In this document: positions 8,785-17,900 of the stretch, in pieces
Numbering within the stretch: position 1 is the first letter of the stretch
Layout: the number at the start of each line of letters is the position of its first letter
NCBI GenBank assembly: GCA_964647585.1
Contig: CAZYGG010000006.1
Location: 25,831-89,830 of the forward strand
DNA: 64,000 nt
Source: an uncultured Desulfobacterales bacterium
GTDB taxonomy: Bacteria > Desulfobacterota > Desulfobacteria > Desulfobacterales > CAJINA01
Direction of reading: 5' to 3'
Notes under the pieces: model-generated
Database searches by the model: none
Told to the model about the DNA's origin: nothing
Seen by the model: the letters and a program-made list of their open reading frames with translations, nothing else
Program-made: the position numbers and the translations under genes

Positions 8785-9381
8785 TCAGGCAAGCAGGATG
8801 AGGCCGGCTACCCAGCTATTGGCGTCCTTATCCATTGAATCCGGTTTTTCCGCTTTTTGTGCCGCCCATCCGGAAGAGAGCATCAACCGGGTGGCATCGA
8901 TGCCAAAACCCGACATGGACGGGCGGGCGACCTCTATGTGGCGGCAGGGTTTATTTTCCGCCACGACACAGCATTCTTCCTCATCGTTACAAAACAGCTC
9001 TTTACACGAGCCGCCGGCGAACGCTTTTGATTTCTCAAATCCTGCCTCGACGGCTTTTTGCTCCACACCGGCCACAACCTGATGAAGCAGCTGCATAACT
9101 CCTTTGCGTTCATCAGAAAACATGACCGATGTCGGAAGTTCTATTTTTACGGTAATGGAATATCCACTCTGCGCCTGCCACCTTCTGAATGCTGCCGGGC
9201 CCCCCACATGTGGCGGGCAGCTTGCACCAAGGCCATAATTCGGACAGGTATATTCCCCGTTACATAAAGCGGCTAAATTATCTTCAACCTGAATTTCACT
9301 GGAAAATATGCTTGCAGAAGAAGTCGCCCCGAGTCTTCTGGCTTCTTGAATCAACTCTTCAAGCTGCTGTTTCGATACCAC
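8785..9381 (-). CDS. DUF2284-like predicted metal-binding protein
   Basis: Contains CPNYGLGASCPP and the Cys-rich SCKELFCNDEEECCVVAENKPCRH. Confidence 0.65.
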   Translation of the reverse strand: MVSKQQLEELIQEARRLGATSSASIFSSEIQVEDNLAALCNGEYTCPNYGLGASCPPHVGGPAAFRRWQAQSGYSITVKIELPTSVMFSDERKGVMQLLHQVVAGVEQKAVEAGFEKSKAFAGGSCKELFCNDEEECCVVAENKPCRHIEVARPSMSGFGIDATRLMLSSGWAAQKAEKPDSMDKDANSWVAGLILLA

Positions 9382-9395
9382 CTTATTTTCCTTTT

Positions 9396-9752
9396 CTAAT
9401 CGTTTGACTCTGGTGCCAGCATATTGAGGGTGTCTACGAACAGTGTCACCATGGGGCCAAAGGCCAGGCTCCCGCCCATCAAAAGCCCCACTGCGGCCGT
9501 CTCAATGAGTTCCTGGCGGGTGGCGCCGGCCTGAACAGCCTGTGAAGTGCGCGACGCAATGCAGTATTCACCGCCATTAGCGACGCCAATGGCAACACAC
9601 ATCAATGCCTTGGTTTTCTCGTCAATAGCCCCAGGTTTGAGTGCTGTTTGGTTTAAATTTAAAAACGCCTTCATGGTCTCTTTATCGACCTTTGAAAAAC
9701 CTTTGAGCGAGTTTTGCAGCTTTTCCAGAAAAGCCTTTGTATCTTCTGCCAT
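9396..9752 (-). CDS. Carboxymuconolactone decarboxylase (AhpD-like) family protein
   Basis: 118 aa with KTKALMCVAIGVANGGEYCIASRT in the AhpD-fold core. The CxxC motif is degenerate, with a single Cys. Confidence 0.75.
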   Translation of the reverse strand: MAEDTKAFLEKLQNSLKGFSKVDKETMKAFLNLNQTALKPGAIDEKTKALMCVAIGVANGGEYCIASRTSQAVQAGATRQELIETAAVGLLMGGSLAFGPMVTLFVDTLNMLAPESND

Positions 9753-9790
9753 GGTATCCTCCTTCGAATTTTGGGGTTAAAAATACCTTG

Positions 9791-10360
9791 CTATCGTAGC
9801 AGTTCAATCAGATTGGACCTGAAACAATCAAGGCTTATCGGCTGTATTTCAATTGGTACCTGGATCAGGTCGTAAAACTCGAGTATTTCTTCTTCGGATA
9901 GGGGGTTGATGCCTGTATCCATCAACAAAAACCGATCGTAAAAACCGAATTTTTGACGAATGTCCACTTCATCATACCCTGCCGCATCCAGCATATTAGC
10001 TGAAGCACGGATCCAACCGGGTGTAATCAACATTGTGCGGTTTTGTTCTAATTTATCAACGCTTTCTTGACAGAAAGCTTCCACACAGTTTTTGGCCCCA
10101 AGAATTTTTCCGCCGTGACGATTGACGATATCGCACATATCCGGATGACAGCCATTACCAAATAGAAATTTCACCTCTGCCCCTTCTGCCGCCACGTCTT
10201 CCAGGGTCTGTTTCAGGGTCGCTTCAAGTTTATCCAGATCCCAATGCAAGCCGGCATCCAGCCAGGTAACGTCAATATCTTTGTATTCTTCCGGCAAAAC
10301 GGCAAAAAGCTCATTGGCGAAAACCTGGCAACCAATCATTTTTATCTTGTTTGAGGTCAT
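9791..10360 (-). CDS. DUF1638-domain protein (copy 1)
   Basis: Reads MTSNKIKMIGCQVFANEL...WLDAGLHWDLDKL...FGNGCHPDM. It is a paralog of 11979..12542. AAGGA RBS precedes the chosen ATG. Confidence 0.7.
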   Translation of the reverse strand: MTSNKIKMIGCQVFANELFAVLPEEYKDIDVTWLDAGLHWDLDKLEATLKQTLEDVAAEGAEVKFLFGNGCHPDMCDIVNRHGGKILGAKNCVEAFCQESVDKLEQNRTMLITPGWIRASANMLDAAGYDEVDIRQKFGFYDRFLLMDTGINPLSEEEILEFYDLIQVPIEIQPISLDCFRSNLIELLR

Positions 10361-10381
10361 CTCTTTTCCTTCCAAAGGCAT

Positions 10382-11269
10382 TCAAGTTTTCTGACTGGCG
10401 ACAAAAGAATCCCAGGTTGTTTCTCCGTAGGTTGAGCGTTTCCATTTATAAGGCAAGTCCACCAGGATCCCGGGTTGCCTGGCCGTCTGCAGCAGCAACA
10501 GCAGTTCACGCAAGATGGTCATCTGCTGAAGGCGATTGTCAGGCTCCCCAAACGAGGCCCCGTGCGGAAACTTAACAAACGCAGCTCTTGGTGCCAAAAG
10601 TTTCTCCGATATCTGGCGGTTAATAGAAAGCGAGACTGTGGGGATACCGCTTGCCTCGATAACGCGAGAGATCAGGCCGCCGGCCCGATTGCAAAGCGGT
10701 CAGGCCGGAACCATAAGGACGCAATCAACTTTATCCTCTTTAAGTTTTTGGACGAGCTGGCGAGCACTCCCATCAGGCTCTCCAATAAACTCTTGAACCA
10801 AATCACCCCCGAAGCCAAAGCTGTAAAAATTGGGTGAAAGCCTTCCTATAACCTTGGCTTCAGCAAGTTCGCTGAGGCGATCAATAGGGAAAAGCACATT
10901 GATATCCTGTTTCACGCGGGCATGGGCATAGTGGGTATGGGCAATTTTCAGCTTTTCTCTGGCAACATCCGAGGGAATGGTGCGAAAGCTGGCATCTCCC
11001 CGCGCGCTGTCAACATCAAAGGGTTCATCGTCTTCAAGATAAAATCCAGCTGTGCTGACAATAGCCAGGCAGCTTTCTGACAGAGGCTTTTCAAACTGTG
11101 CCCAGGGGATATCATCATTATTGGTGGATACGGCCTGACTTGCCAGCCAGTTGACCTGTTGGCCTATGGCATGACTGATTGAAGAACCGATTCTGGTATT
11201 AAGAAAACAACCTATTCCCCGCCAAAATTTTACTGTTTTAAATAAATCCATGAAAATTCCCTTTATCAT
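10382..11269 (-). CDS. PrdB/GrdB-family (glycine/sarcosine/betaine/D-proline reductase component B) selenoprotein; in-frame UGA (Sec) at 10700..10702
   Basis: ORFs 10700..11287 and 10382..10597 are in the same frame and separated only by TGA plus open codons. Read-through gives VDCVLMVPA-U-PLCNRAGGLISRVIEASGIPTVSL, a UxxC motif in the position of Sec in PrdB/GrdB. The start is ambiguous (11287, 11269 or 11251). Confidence 0.75.
10671..10689 (-). other. Candidate bacterial SECIS hairpin
   Basis: The mRNA reads UGA-CCGCUUUGCA-AUCGGGCC-GGC-GGCCUGAU. This gives an 8-bp stem (one G.U pair) starting 11 nt after the UGA. Confidence 0.4.
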
Positions 11270-11970
11270 ACCCCTAATTTTTGGCACAAACCTTCAAAAT
11301 CCTCGACTTCGATGTCGAAATTGGTCTCGCTCGGGGATTCGAAGCCTTGATCCATGTTGTCTTCCTCCGGAACGCTGACTAACGCCGTATGTAAACCCGC
11401 AGACCGGGCTGCCGCCAGGTCCCCATCATGGGCCGCGACCATCATGGAGTCAGTCGGTTTCAGGCCCAAAAGGCGGGTCGCTTTCAGGTAGGCCTGCAAA
11501 GAAGGTTTATAATAGCCGAGGAATTCGCAGGACAGGATGCCGTCCCATTGCACCCCGGCCCTTTTCGAGCTGCTTACTATGCTCTCCCAACTCAGGATCG
11601 TGAGCACGACGACCGTGTAGCGATTCCGCAAACGGGTAATCGCTTCGGGTGCGCCGGCAAAGACATTGAGATGATGCCAGGTCGATCTGATGAGGGCCGC
11701 GTTGTCAATAGACTTTAAGATCGGATAATCGGCAGCCATCTTTTCCAGAGCCCGCAGGTGCATGTCATCCGAATTTATCCAGGGGAGATTGCCCTGCCTC
11801 ACCTGGGTATGAATTTTGAACATTTCTCCCCGCCAGTCATTGGCAAAGGCTTCACTGTCTATAGACTCACTGTTTTGATCTGCCAATTTCTGGATGTTCT
11901 CGCGGGCGGTGTTCTTCCAGTCGAACACGGTCCCGCCGACGTCAAAAAATAGTCCCTTAACGTTTTCCAT
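11266..11970 (-). CDS. HAD-superfamily hydrolase, haloacid dehalogenase type II-like (second copy in locus)
   Basis: Contains FFDVGGTVFDW (motif I), YKPSLQAY and AAHDGDLAAARSAG (motif IV). AGGAGG RBS precedes the start, and the stop overlaps an ATG of the next gene (ATGA). Confidence 0.75.
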   Translation of the reverse strand: MENVKGLFFDVGGTVFDWKNTARENIQKLADQNSESIDSEAFANDWRGEMFKIHTQVRQGNLPWINSDDMHLRALEKMAADYPILKSIDNAALIRSTWHHLNVFAGAPEAITRLRNRYTVVVLTILSWESIVSSSKRAGVQWDGILSCEFLGYYKPSLQAYLKATRLLGLKPTDSMMVAAHDGDLAAARSAGLHTALVSVPEEDNMDQGFESPSETNFDIEVEDFEGLCQKLGV

Positions 11971-11978
11971 ATTACCTC

Positions 11979-12542
11979 CTATTGAAGCACATCAGTCAGC
12001 TTTGCCTTAAAATGATCAAGGCTTATTGATTTTATCTCAACCGGCACCTGTGTCCGATCAAAAAACTCAAGTATTTCTTCTGCGGACAAAGGGTTAACGC
12101 CCGTATCCAATAACAGAAATCGATTAAAACGGCCAAATCTCTGTCGAATGTCCACTTCATCCCAACCCGCCGCCTCCATTTGGCGGGAAAAATGACGGAC
12201 CCAGCCGGGCATTACAACCATGGTACGGTCTTTCCCCAGTTCATCATAACTTTCCGGGCACATAACTTCGACGCTGTTGTTAATCCCGAGAATTTTCCCG
12301 CCCTGGCTGCTGACGATATCACGCATATCCGGGTGGACGCCATTGGCAAAAAGAAATATCGCATCGGCCCCTTCTGTCGCGGAATCTTTTAAGCCCTGTT
12401 TTAAAGTTGTTTCCATTGCATCTCTATTCCAGTGCAGCCCGGCATCAAGCCAAGTAATATCGATATCTTTATAGGCATCCGGTAAAACAGTAGGAAGTTC
12501 ATCTTTGAAAATTTGGCAAGCCATTATTTTTTTCTTGGTCAT
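11979..12542 (-). CDS. DUF1638-domain protein (copy 2)
   Basis: Reads MTKKKIMACQIFKDEL...WLDAGLHWNRDAM...FANGVHPDM. GGAGG lies 8 nt upstream of the chosen ATG. The longer tracked ORF (to 12698) runs through the upstream gene and is rejected. Confidence 0.7.
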   Translation of the reverse strand: MTKKKIMACQIFKDELPTVLPDAYKDIDITWLDAGLHWNRDAMETTLKQGLKDSATEGADAIFLFANGVHPDMRDIVSSQGGKILGINNSVEVMCPESYDELGKDRTMVVMPGWVRHFSRQMEAAGWDEVDIRQRFGRFNRFLLLDTGVNPLSAEEILEFFDRTQVPVEIKSISLDHFKAKLTDVLQ

Positions 12543-12573
12543 CGTGATATCCTCCCCTTCAAGGCTTATGATT

Positions 12574-12873
12574 TTATAAGATCTTATGGGAAAGCCTATT
12601 GCTACGCTGCCAGACGGAGTGATCAATGTACCCGAACTCGGAAAACGCACTGGCCAGCTGCAGGCCCAGTCCGCTTTTGCCGTTGGGAGGCACATCACCG
12701 CCCCAGTTAATCAGGATGCTCAGTTCGTTTTCCAGATTTGGACTATTGAACAAGTCAATTTCCCGGAGGGTGGCATCCGATAAAGGTGCAGAAAGCTGTT
12801 CAAACGCGGCCACGGCGCTATCTTTGTCCTGACCCGTAAATGATTTAAGTTGTATAATTTCAATCCAGTCCAT
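12574..12873 (-). CDS. Conserved 99-aa hypothetical protein, paralog of 5713..6012; first gene of operon B
   Basis: The start at MDWIEIIQL follows a GAGGT RBS. It lies directly downstream of the sigma-54 promoter. Confidence 0.6.
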   Translation of the reverse strand: MDWIEIIQLKSFTGQDKDSAVAAFEQLSAPLSDATLREIDLFNSPNLENELSILINWGGDVPPNGKSGLGLQLASAFSEFGYIDHSVWQRSNRLSHKIL

Positions 12874-12916
12874 TTTTACCTCATTTTGTTTTCCATCAAT
12901 CATGACCAGTAATATA

Positions 12917-12932
12917 GCGAAATGCATGCCAA
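12917..12932 (-). promoter_or_regulatory. Sigma-54 (-24/-12) promoter of operon B
   Basis: The minus strand reads TTGGCATGCATTTCGC, with GG-N10-GC spacing correct. It lies about 45 nt upstream of the ATG at 12873. Confidence 0.7.
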
Positions 12933-12981
12933 GTATATTTTTACCGTCTTATCAGGGGGTTAAAAACAATGGGATCGGTTT

Positions 12982-13019
12982 CTGATAAATATGCAAGTTT
13001 TATCTGTTGTATTTGTCAG
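12982..13019. promoter_or_regulatory. Palindromic upstream activator site (CTGATAAAT-N20-ATTTGTCAG), copy B
   Basis: It has the same half-sites, the same 20-nt spacer length and the same distance to the -24 element as copy A. It lies in the divergent region next to the activator gene. Confidence 0.6.
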
Positions 13020-13100
13020 CTGCGTGCTATTTCTTACATATTTACCAGATACCTTTTTCGCCGATAACAGTGGTGACCAACCAAAGGAAAGTGTATCCCC

Positions 13101-14666
13101 ATGAAAATAGATGAAAACGAATTTTTCCGGCAGGTGACCCTTCGGATCTTCAGCAGTCTTGATATCAAAACTGCGATGAAAAACTGCATGAATTATCTGC
13201 AGCAATTCATCCCCATCTCCGGCATGTACTTTCTTCTGTACGATCCCGAAATGAATGTGGGTCACATGCTGGCCACCATCTTTCCCGGGGATATACCGAG
13301 CCCTGACCCAACAATCTCTTTTCCGGAAAAGCACTGGGATGAGTTGAAAGAGAGATTTAATGAAGCGTCACAGGTAAGAGTTTTCAATGACCGTCGTGAT
13401 GAACCTGAATTCATACGGGAGGCGATAACCCAAGTATTTGGCGCGGAGACTTCCCTGATGGAGATGCATTTACATTTGGAAGGCGAAAGGCTCGGCCAGT
13501 TTGGAATAGTTACGGAAGGCCAGCATAGCTACTCCGAGTTGCATGTTCATCTCGTCTCCTTGCTACATGAACCTTTTGCGGTGGCCATATCCAATATCTT
13601 GCAGCACCAGGAAATTCAGAGGCTCAATCAAATTCTATCCGATGACAATCGTTACCTGCACAGGGAAATGATGCATTTGACCGGGGATACGATCATCGGT
13701 GCCAAGTTCGGGCTCAAGGAAGTCATGCGCATGGTGGAACATGTGGCGCCGACCGAAAGCCACGTGATGATCATGGGTGAAACCGGCACCGGCAAGGAGG
13801 TGATTGCCAACGCCATCCACTTCTCATCGAGGCGCAAGGGCACGCCTTTTATCAAAGTGAACTGCGGGGCGATACCCGACAATTTGATCGACAGCGAACT
13901 GTTCGGACACGAAAAAGGCGCCTTTACCGGCGCCATTTCGAGAAAAAGAGGACGCTTTGAAAGGGCACATAACGGAACGATCTTTCTTGACGAGATTGGG
14001 GAACTACCCCTGCAGGCCCAGGTAAGACTCCTTCGGGTTCTGCAGCAACATGAAATCGAACGGGTCGGCGGTTCCGAAACGATTCCGGTGGATGTACGCA
14101 TTATCGCCGCAACCCACAAGAATCTGGAAGAGATGGTGCGTATCGGGCAATTTCGAGAGGATTTGTGGTTTCGGCTTAATGTGTTCCCGATTATGATCCC
14201 CCCATTACGTCAGCGGGCCATTGATATACCAGCGCTGGTAGACTATTTTCTCGAACAGAAATCCAAGGATTTGAAGATTCGCAAACGGCCTTCCCTGGCA
14301 CCGGGTGCTATTGATAAATTGCAAACCTATAATTGGCCCGGGAATGTACGCGAGCTGCAAAACCTTGTGGAACGAACGCTTATTCTCAACCAGATGATGG
14401 ATGACGGAAGCCAGTTGTCATTCGATCCACTGCCGGCTGGTTCGACTCCCGCGGAGAATATCGTTTTAGAAAAAGAAGATGACGGGATCATTCGTCCCTT
14501 GGATGAAGTCATGGCCAACCATATTCAAAAGGCCCTGGATAAGGCGAACGGCAAGGTGGAAGGCAAAGATGGCGCTGCAAGTATGCTCGGGATTAACCCG
14601 GGGACCTTGCGGGGGAGGATGAAGAAACTGAAGATTGCATACGGACGCGGTGCACATAAAAAGTAA
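13101..14666 (+). CDS. Sigma-54-dependent transcriptional activator, GAF-like sensor + AAA+ + Fis-type HTH
   Basis: Contains GETGTGKE (Walker A), ESELFGHEKGAFTGA (GAFTGA loop), FLDEIGEL, WPGNVRELQN and a C-terminal HTH (AASMLGINPGTLRGRMKKL). Confidence 0.9.
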   Translation: MKIDENEFFRQVTLRIFSSLDIKTAMKNCMNYLQQFIPISGMYFLLYDPEMNVGHMLATIFPGDIPSPDPTISFPEKHWDELKERFNEASQVRVFNDRRDEPEFIREAITQVFGAETSLMEMHLHLEGERLGQFGIVTEGQHSYSELHVHLVSLLHEPFAVAISNILQHQEIQRLNQILSDDNRYLHREMMHLTGDTIIGAKFGLKEVMRMVEHVAPTESHVMIMGETGTGKEVIANAIHFSSRRKGTPFIKVNCGAIPDNLIDSELFGHEKGAFTGAISRKRGRFERAHNGTIFLDEIGELPLQAQVRLLRVLQQHEIERVGGSETIPVDVRIIAATHKNLEEMVRIGQFREDLWFRLNVFPIMIPPLRQRAIDIPALVDYFLEQKSKDLKIRKRPSLAPGAIDKLQTYNWPGNVRELQNLVERTLILNQMMDDGSQLSFDPLPAGSTPAENIVLEKEDDGIIRPLDEVMANHIQKALDKANGKVEGKDGAASMLGINPGTLRGRMKKLKIAYGRGAHKK

Positions 14667-14725
14667 AATATACTTTTTATGCCTGCTCAACCTAATCCAG
14701 AATTGTAGATATGTTAAGGTTGCCG

Positions 14726-14843
14726 GGACCAAGGACTTTTGCCAAGTTACAACTATAGTGCAATTTTGCTGGAATTTTAAGCACTTCAAATGGTATTCCT
14801 CAGTTGTCTCAAAATCAGGAATACCATCTGAAAATGGTCGTAG
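14726..14843 (+). repeat. Intergenic repeat element, copy 1, containing a perfect 10-bp-stem hairpin (TGGTATTCCT-N16-AGGAATACCA, 14791..14826)
   Basis: It aligns by eye to 19369..19445 plus 19547..19592. It lies just downstream (minus-strand sense) of the activase stop. Confidence 0.55.
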
Positions 14844-14917
14844 TCCGGCAAATGGCTTCATTCGGAAATTGCTGCTTTAACTGATCAAGAGTCATGATTA
14901 CCTCCGGTAAAACGAGG

Positions 14918-17900
14918 TCACGCATTGGATGCCTGTCTTACCCGTTTCCCCGCCTTTGCCCGGGGGTATTTCAAATAGGGCACGATGGCATCATTTTTGT
15001 TCCCGCCGGTGCCGTCGTATGTGATGGATACGATGGGGACCCCTGTTTTCCGTTCGATCCGGCCCGCCATGGCCTCGGTCACCAGGGAAGGACAGCAGAA
15101 GGCCGGGATGGTCTGGACGAACAGGGAGATGTCCGGGTATTGTTCCAGAAGATAGGAGATTTTCAAGACACTCTCGATGGATTCCCCTGTGTTTTCGCTG
15201 CGGATGTCGTATTGTCGAAAGATTTCTTCCGGGGATCCGGTATAGTCCGGTTCGGGGTCCGTAAGGATCCGGGAAAAAGCTTTGGTATAGGTTTTTTCCA
15301 TCTGGTGGGCTGTGACCAAAAGGGCCTTGGTGGAAAGGACGTTTAAGTAAAGGCCCTCTCTGAACCATTTTTTGAGATAGGGATTGGCGATCATCCTGAG
15401 ATAGGAGCTGTACGGGGTCACCACGGCTTCCCCACCGTTTTCCTCGATGAAGCGAACAAGATTATCATTCATCATCTCGTTGTCCCTGACATAGAGGTCT
15501 CCGAAAATTGCGACTTTCGGACGCCGAACGAATCCGGGCTGCTGTTCGATAGCCTCGAACAGGGTGATGACTTCCGCCAGGGCCGAGTCCTTGGAACGCT
15601 TGCCGCTGAAGGCATGACTCAGTATGTTGATACTCTCTTCGATCACCGCATCGGTCTGCCCCTTGATAGTTTCATAGGGCCGGATCCGGCAGCCCATCTT
15701 GCGGATGAGACCGCCGAACATATATGAAAAATAGACATTGATGGGTACCTTCATGGACAGATCGAGGAAGGAGAGGCTCCCGCCATAGACACCGACTTTT
15801 TCCATGCCCTGGCCGTAGTCGCTTAAAATGCTCCGGATATGATGGGGAAACAAGGCCAGGTTGCAGGCAATGGAGGATTCTGCATTCCACAGGACGGTCT
15901 TGGCCGGATCGAGGTCATGGTTCTGGATATAGTCGATGCATTGCTGAGCGATGATGTTCAAGGGGATGCACTGCCCCGTGTTTCGCCGCAGGCCTTTGGC
16001 CGTCGTATCTTCGCTTTCTTCCAGGAGCCGGACATCGAGGCCTTCCCGTTGCAATGCGGCGGTGGTCAACCGGAGCGTCAGGGGATCCCAGTTGGGCAGA
16101 AGCAGGGTGTGGCCGTCAATCTGGCGTTCCCTTTTGGGGATCAGGGCCGGCACAAGACTCGGGGCGGCTGATGTGCGCGCCCCGGCATAATGGTTTTGAA
16201 AAGCCCTGACCGCCGCTTCGATCCGGGTTTCATAACCCACGCTGGAATCGTGATCGTCGAGCTGGAGAATCAGGTAGGGCTTTTTGTGGGATTCTATAAT
16301 TTTTTTGAAGTATTCCGCCACAAAGGAATCGGGTGTACATTTAAAAGAGGTGATGAATACCGGATAGGCCCCCGGTGTTTGGGCCGCCGCATGGGCAGCC
16401 GAAAGTATTTTGGCGGCATAATGCCAGTGTATTTCAGTCAACAAAGGGGCCAGGGAGCGGTCCGTTTCGGATGGATCGGGAAGCTGGTCCTGGAAAAAGG
16501 CCTTGATGCCCAGGGTCCCGAAAATTTCCGGAATGCGTTTGTTCATATCGGAGCTCAGGACGGTGTAGGGGCGACCCAGGAGGATGACATGGAGTTCATC
16601 CCGGACGACTTTTTTGTGGTAGATTTTTTTCAGTTCTTTCCGGCCTGCAGACATGAATTCCGTGGCCGCATCATAGGCGGATGAAATATCGAAAAACCCG
16701 ACCTTTTCCGGAAGGATGGATTTCAAGAGCCGCCAGAGTTCCATTTTGATATGGAAACTGCTGTAAAGATACCTGGCCAGGGGCATGAGCAGTCGCTGGC
16801 GGTCGTTTTCCGGGATTACTGCGGAAACAACCGTGGGCGAAAACTGCGTATAATAACAATACTGGCGCCGGCCCTCCTCTTCTGTCTTCTGTTCCAGGTA
16901 AAAGGGCAAAAAGACGAAGTCCGCCTTTTCCATCAGATGGGCCACATGGCCGTGCAACGCGGACATGGGGGCACAAAATTCAGCACCGGCCATGTGTTTT
17001 CCGAGTTTGACGGCTGCTTTGACACGTTCGCTCGTGATGGTGGGAATGGAAAGGGCGTGGAAAAAATGTTTCCAGAACGGCAAGTCCGCGTGCATATGGA
17101 GCGCCGCCGGAAGACCGATGGTGACGGGGCCGCCCTCACTTTCGGGGGCGGGCGTCTTGAAAACCCGTTTTCTCGTTTTGATCAGGTCGACCCCGGACCG
17201 GTTATTGTTGACATAGCCGCCGGTGTCATAATCCCTTCCGCACAGAAATCCGTAGGCCACTTTTACCCGATCCACAGCGGCCACCGTAATTTTGCAATGG
17301 TTGGTGCAAAGCTGGCAGACTTCCGAAGTGATGGGAATTTTTTGTTCATACAGGCCGATCCCCTTGAAGGTCGTCTTTAAGGCAGGCTCATCCGCCAGTG
17401 ACAACGCTGCCCCTATGGCCCCGGTGAGATGACAGAATTCAGAGACATGGATGGGCTTTTGGAGCCGTTGTTCGAAAGCGGCGACAAGGGCCCTGTTTTT
17501 CGCTGTGGCCCCCTGGAAAAAGACCGCATCTCCGATGTGATGCTCGGTGGCCACCTTGGTCAGATAATTTTCCACGATGGAATGGAGCACCGAGGCCAGG
17601 GCATCGTCGATATCATACCCTTCGCTGAGCAAATGATTGATATCCCGTTCCATGAATACCGTGCACCGGTCGCTGGATACCGGCGCTCTGCGGTTTTCGG
17701 TCCGCACGGAATATTCGGCCAGCGGACAACCCAGTTTGCGGGCCTGTTCCTCGATAAAACTCCCGGTTCCCGCGGCGCAAACCGTATTCATGGTGGAAAA
17801 TGTGACCCGGCCGTCTTTCAAGGTGGTGAATTTCGAGTCCTGTCCCCCGATTTCAATGATTGTATCCACCTTGGGATCGATTTGAACGGCCGCCCGGGCA

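Noticed and set aside
9396-9752. The AhpD-like protein as a possible second selenoprotein, since AhpD-like Sec proteins exist in Deltaproteobacteria.
   Set aside because: The ORF is uninterrupted with no in-frame UGA. The redox motif is degenerate (single Cys in GGEYCIAS) rather than U/CxxC.
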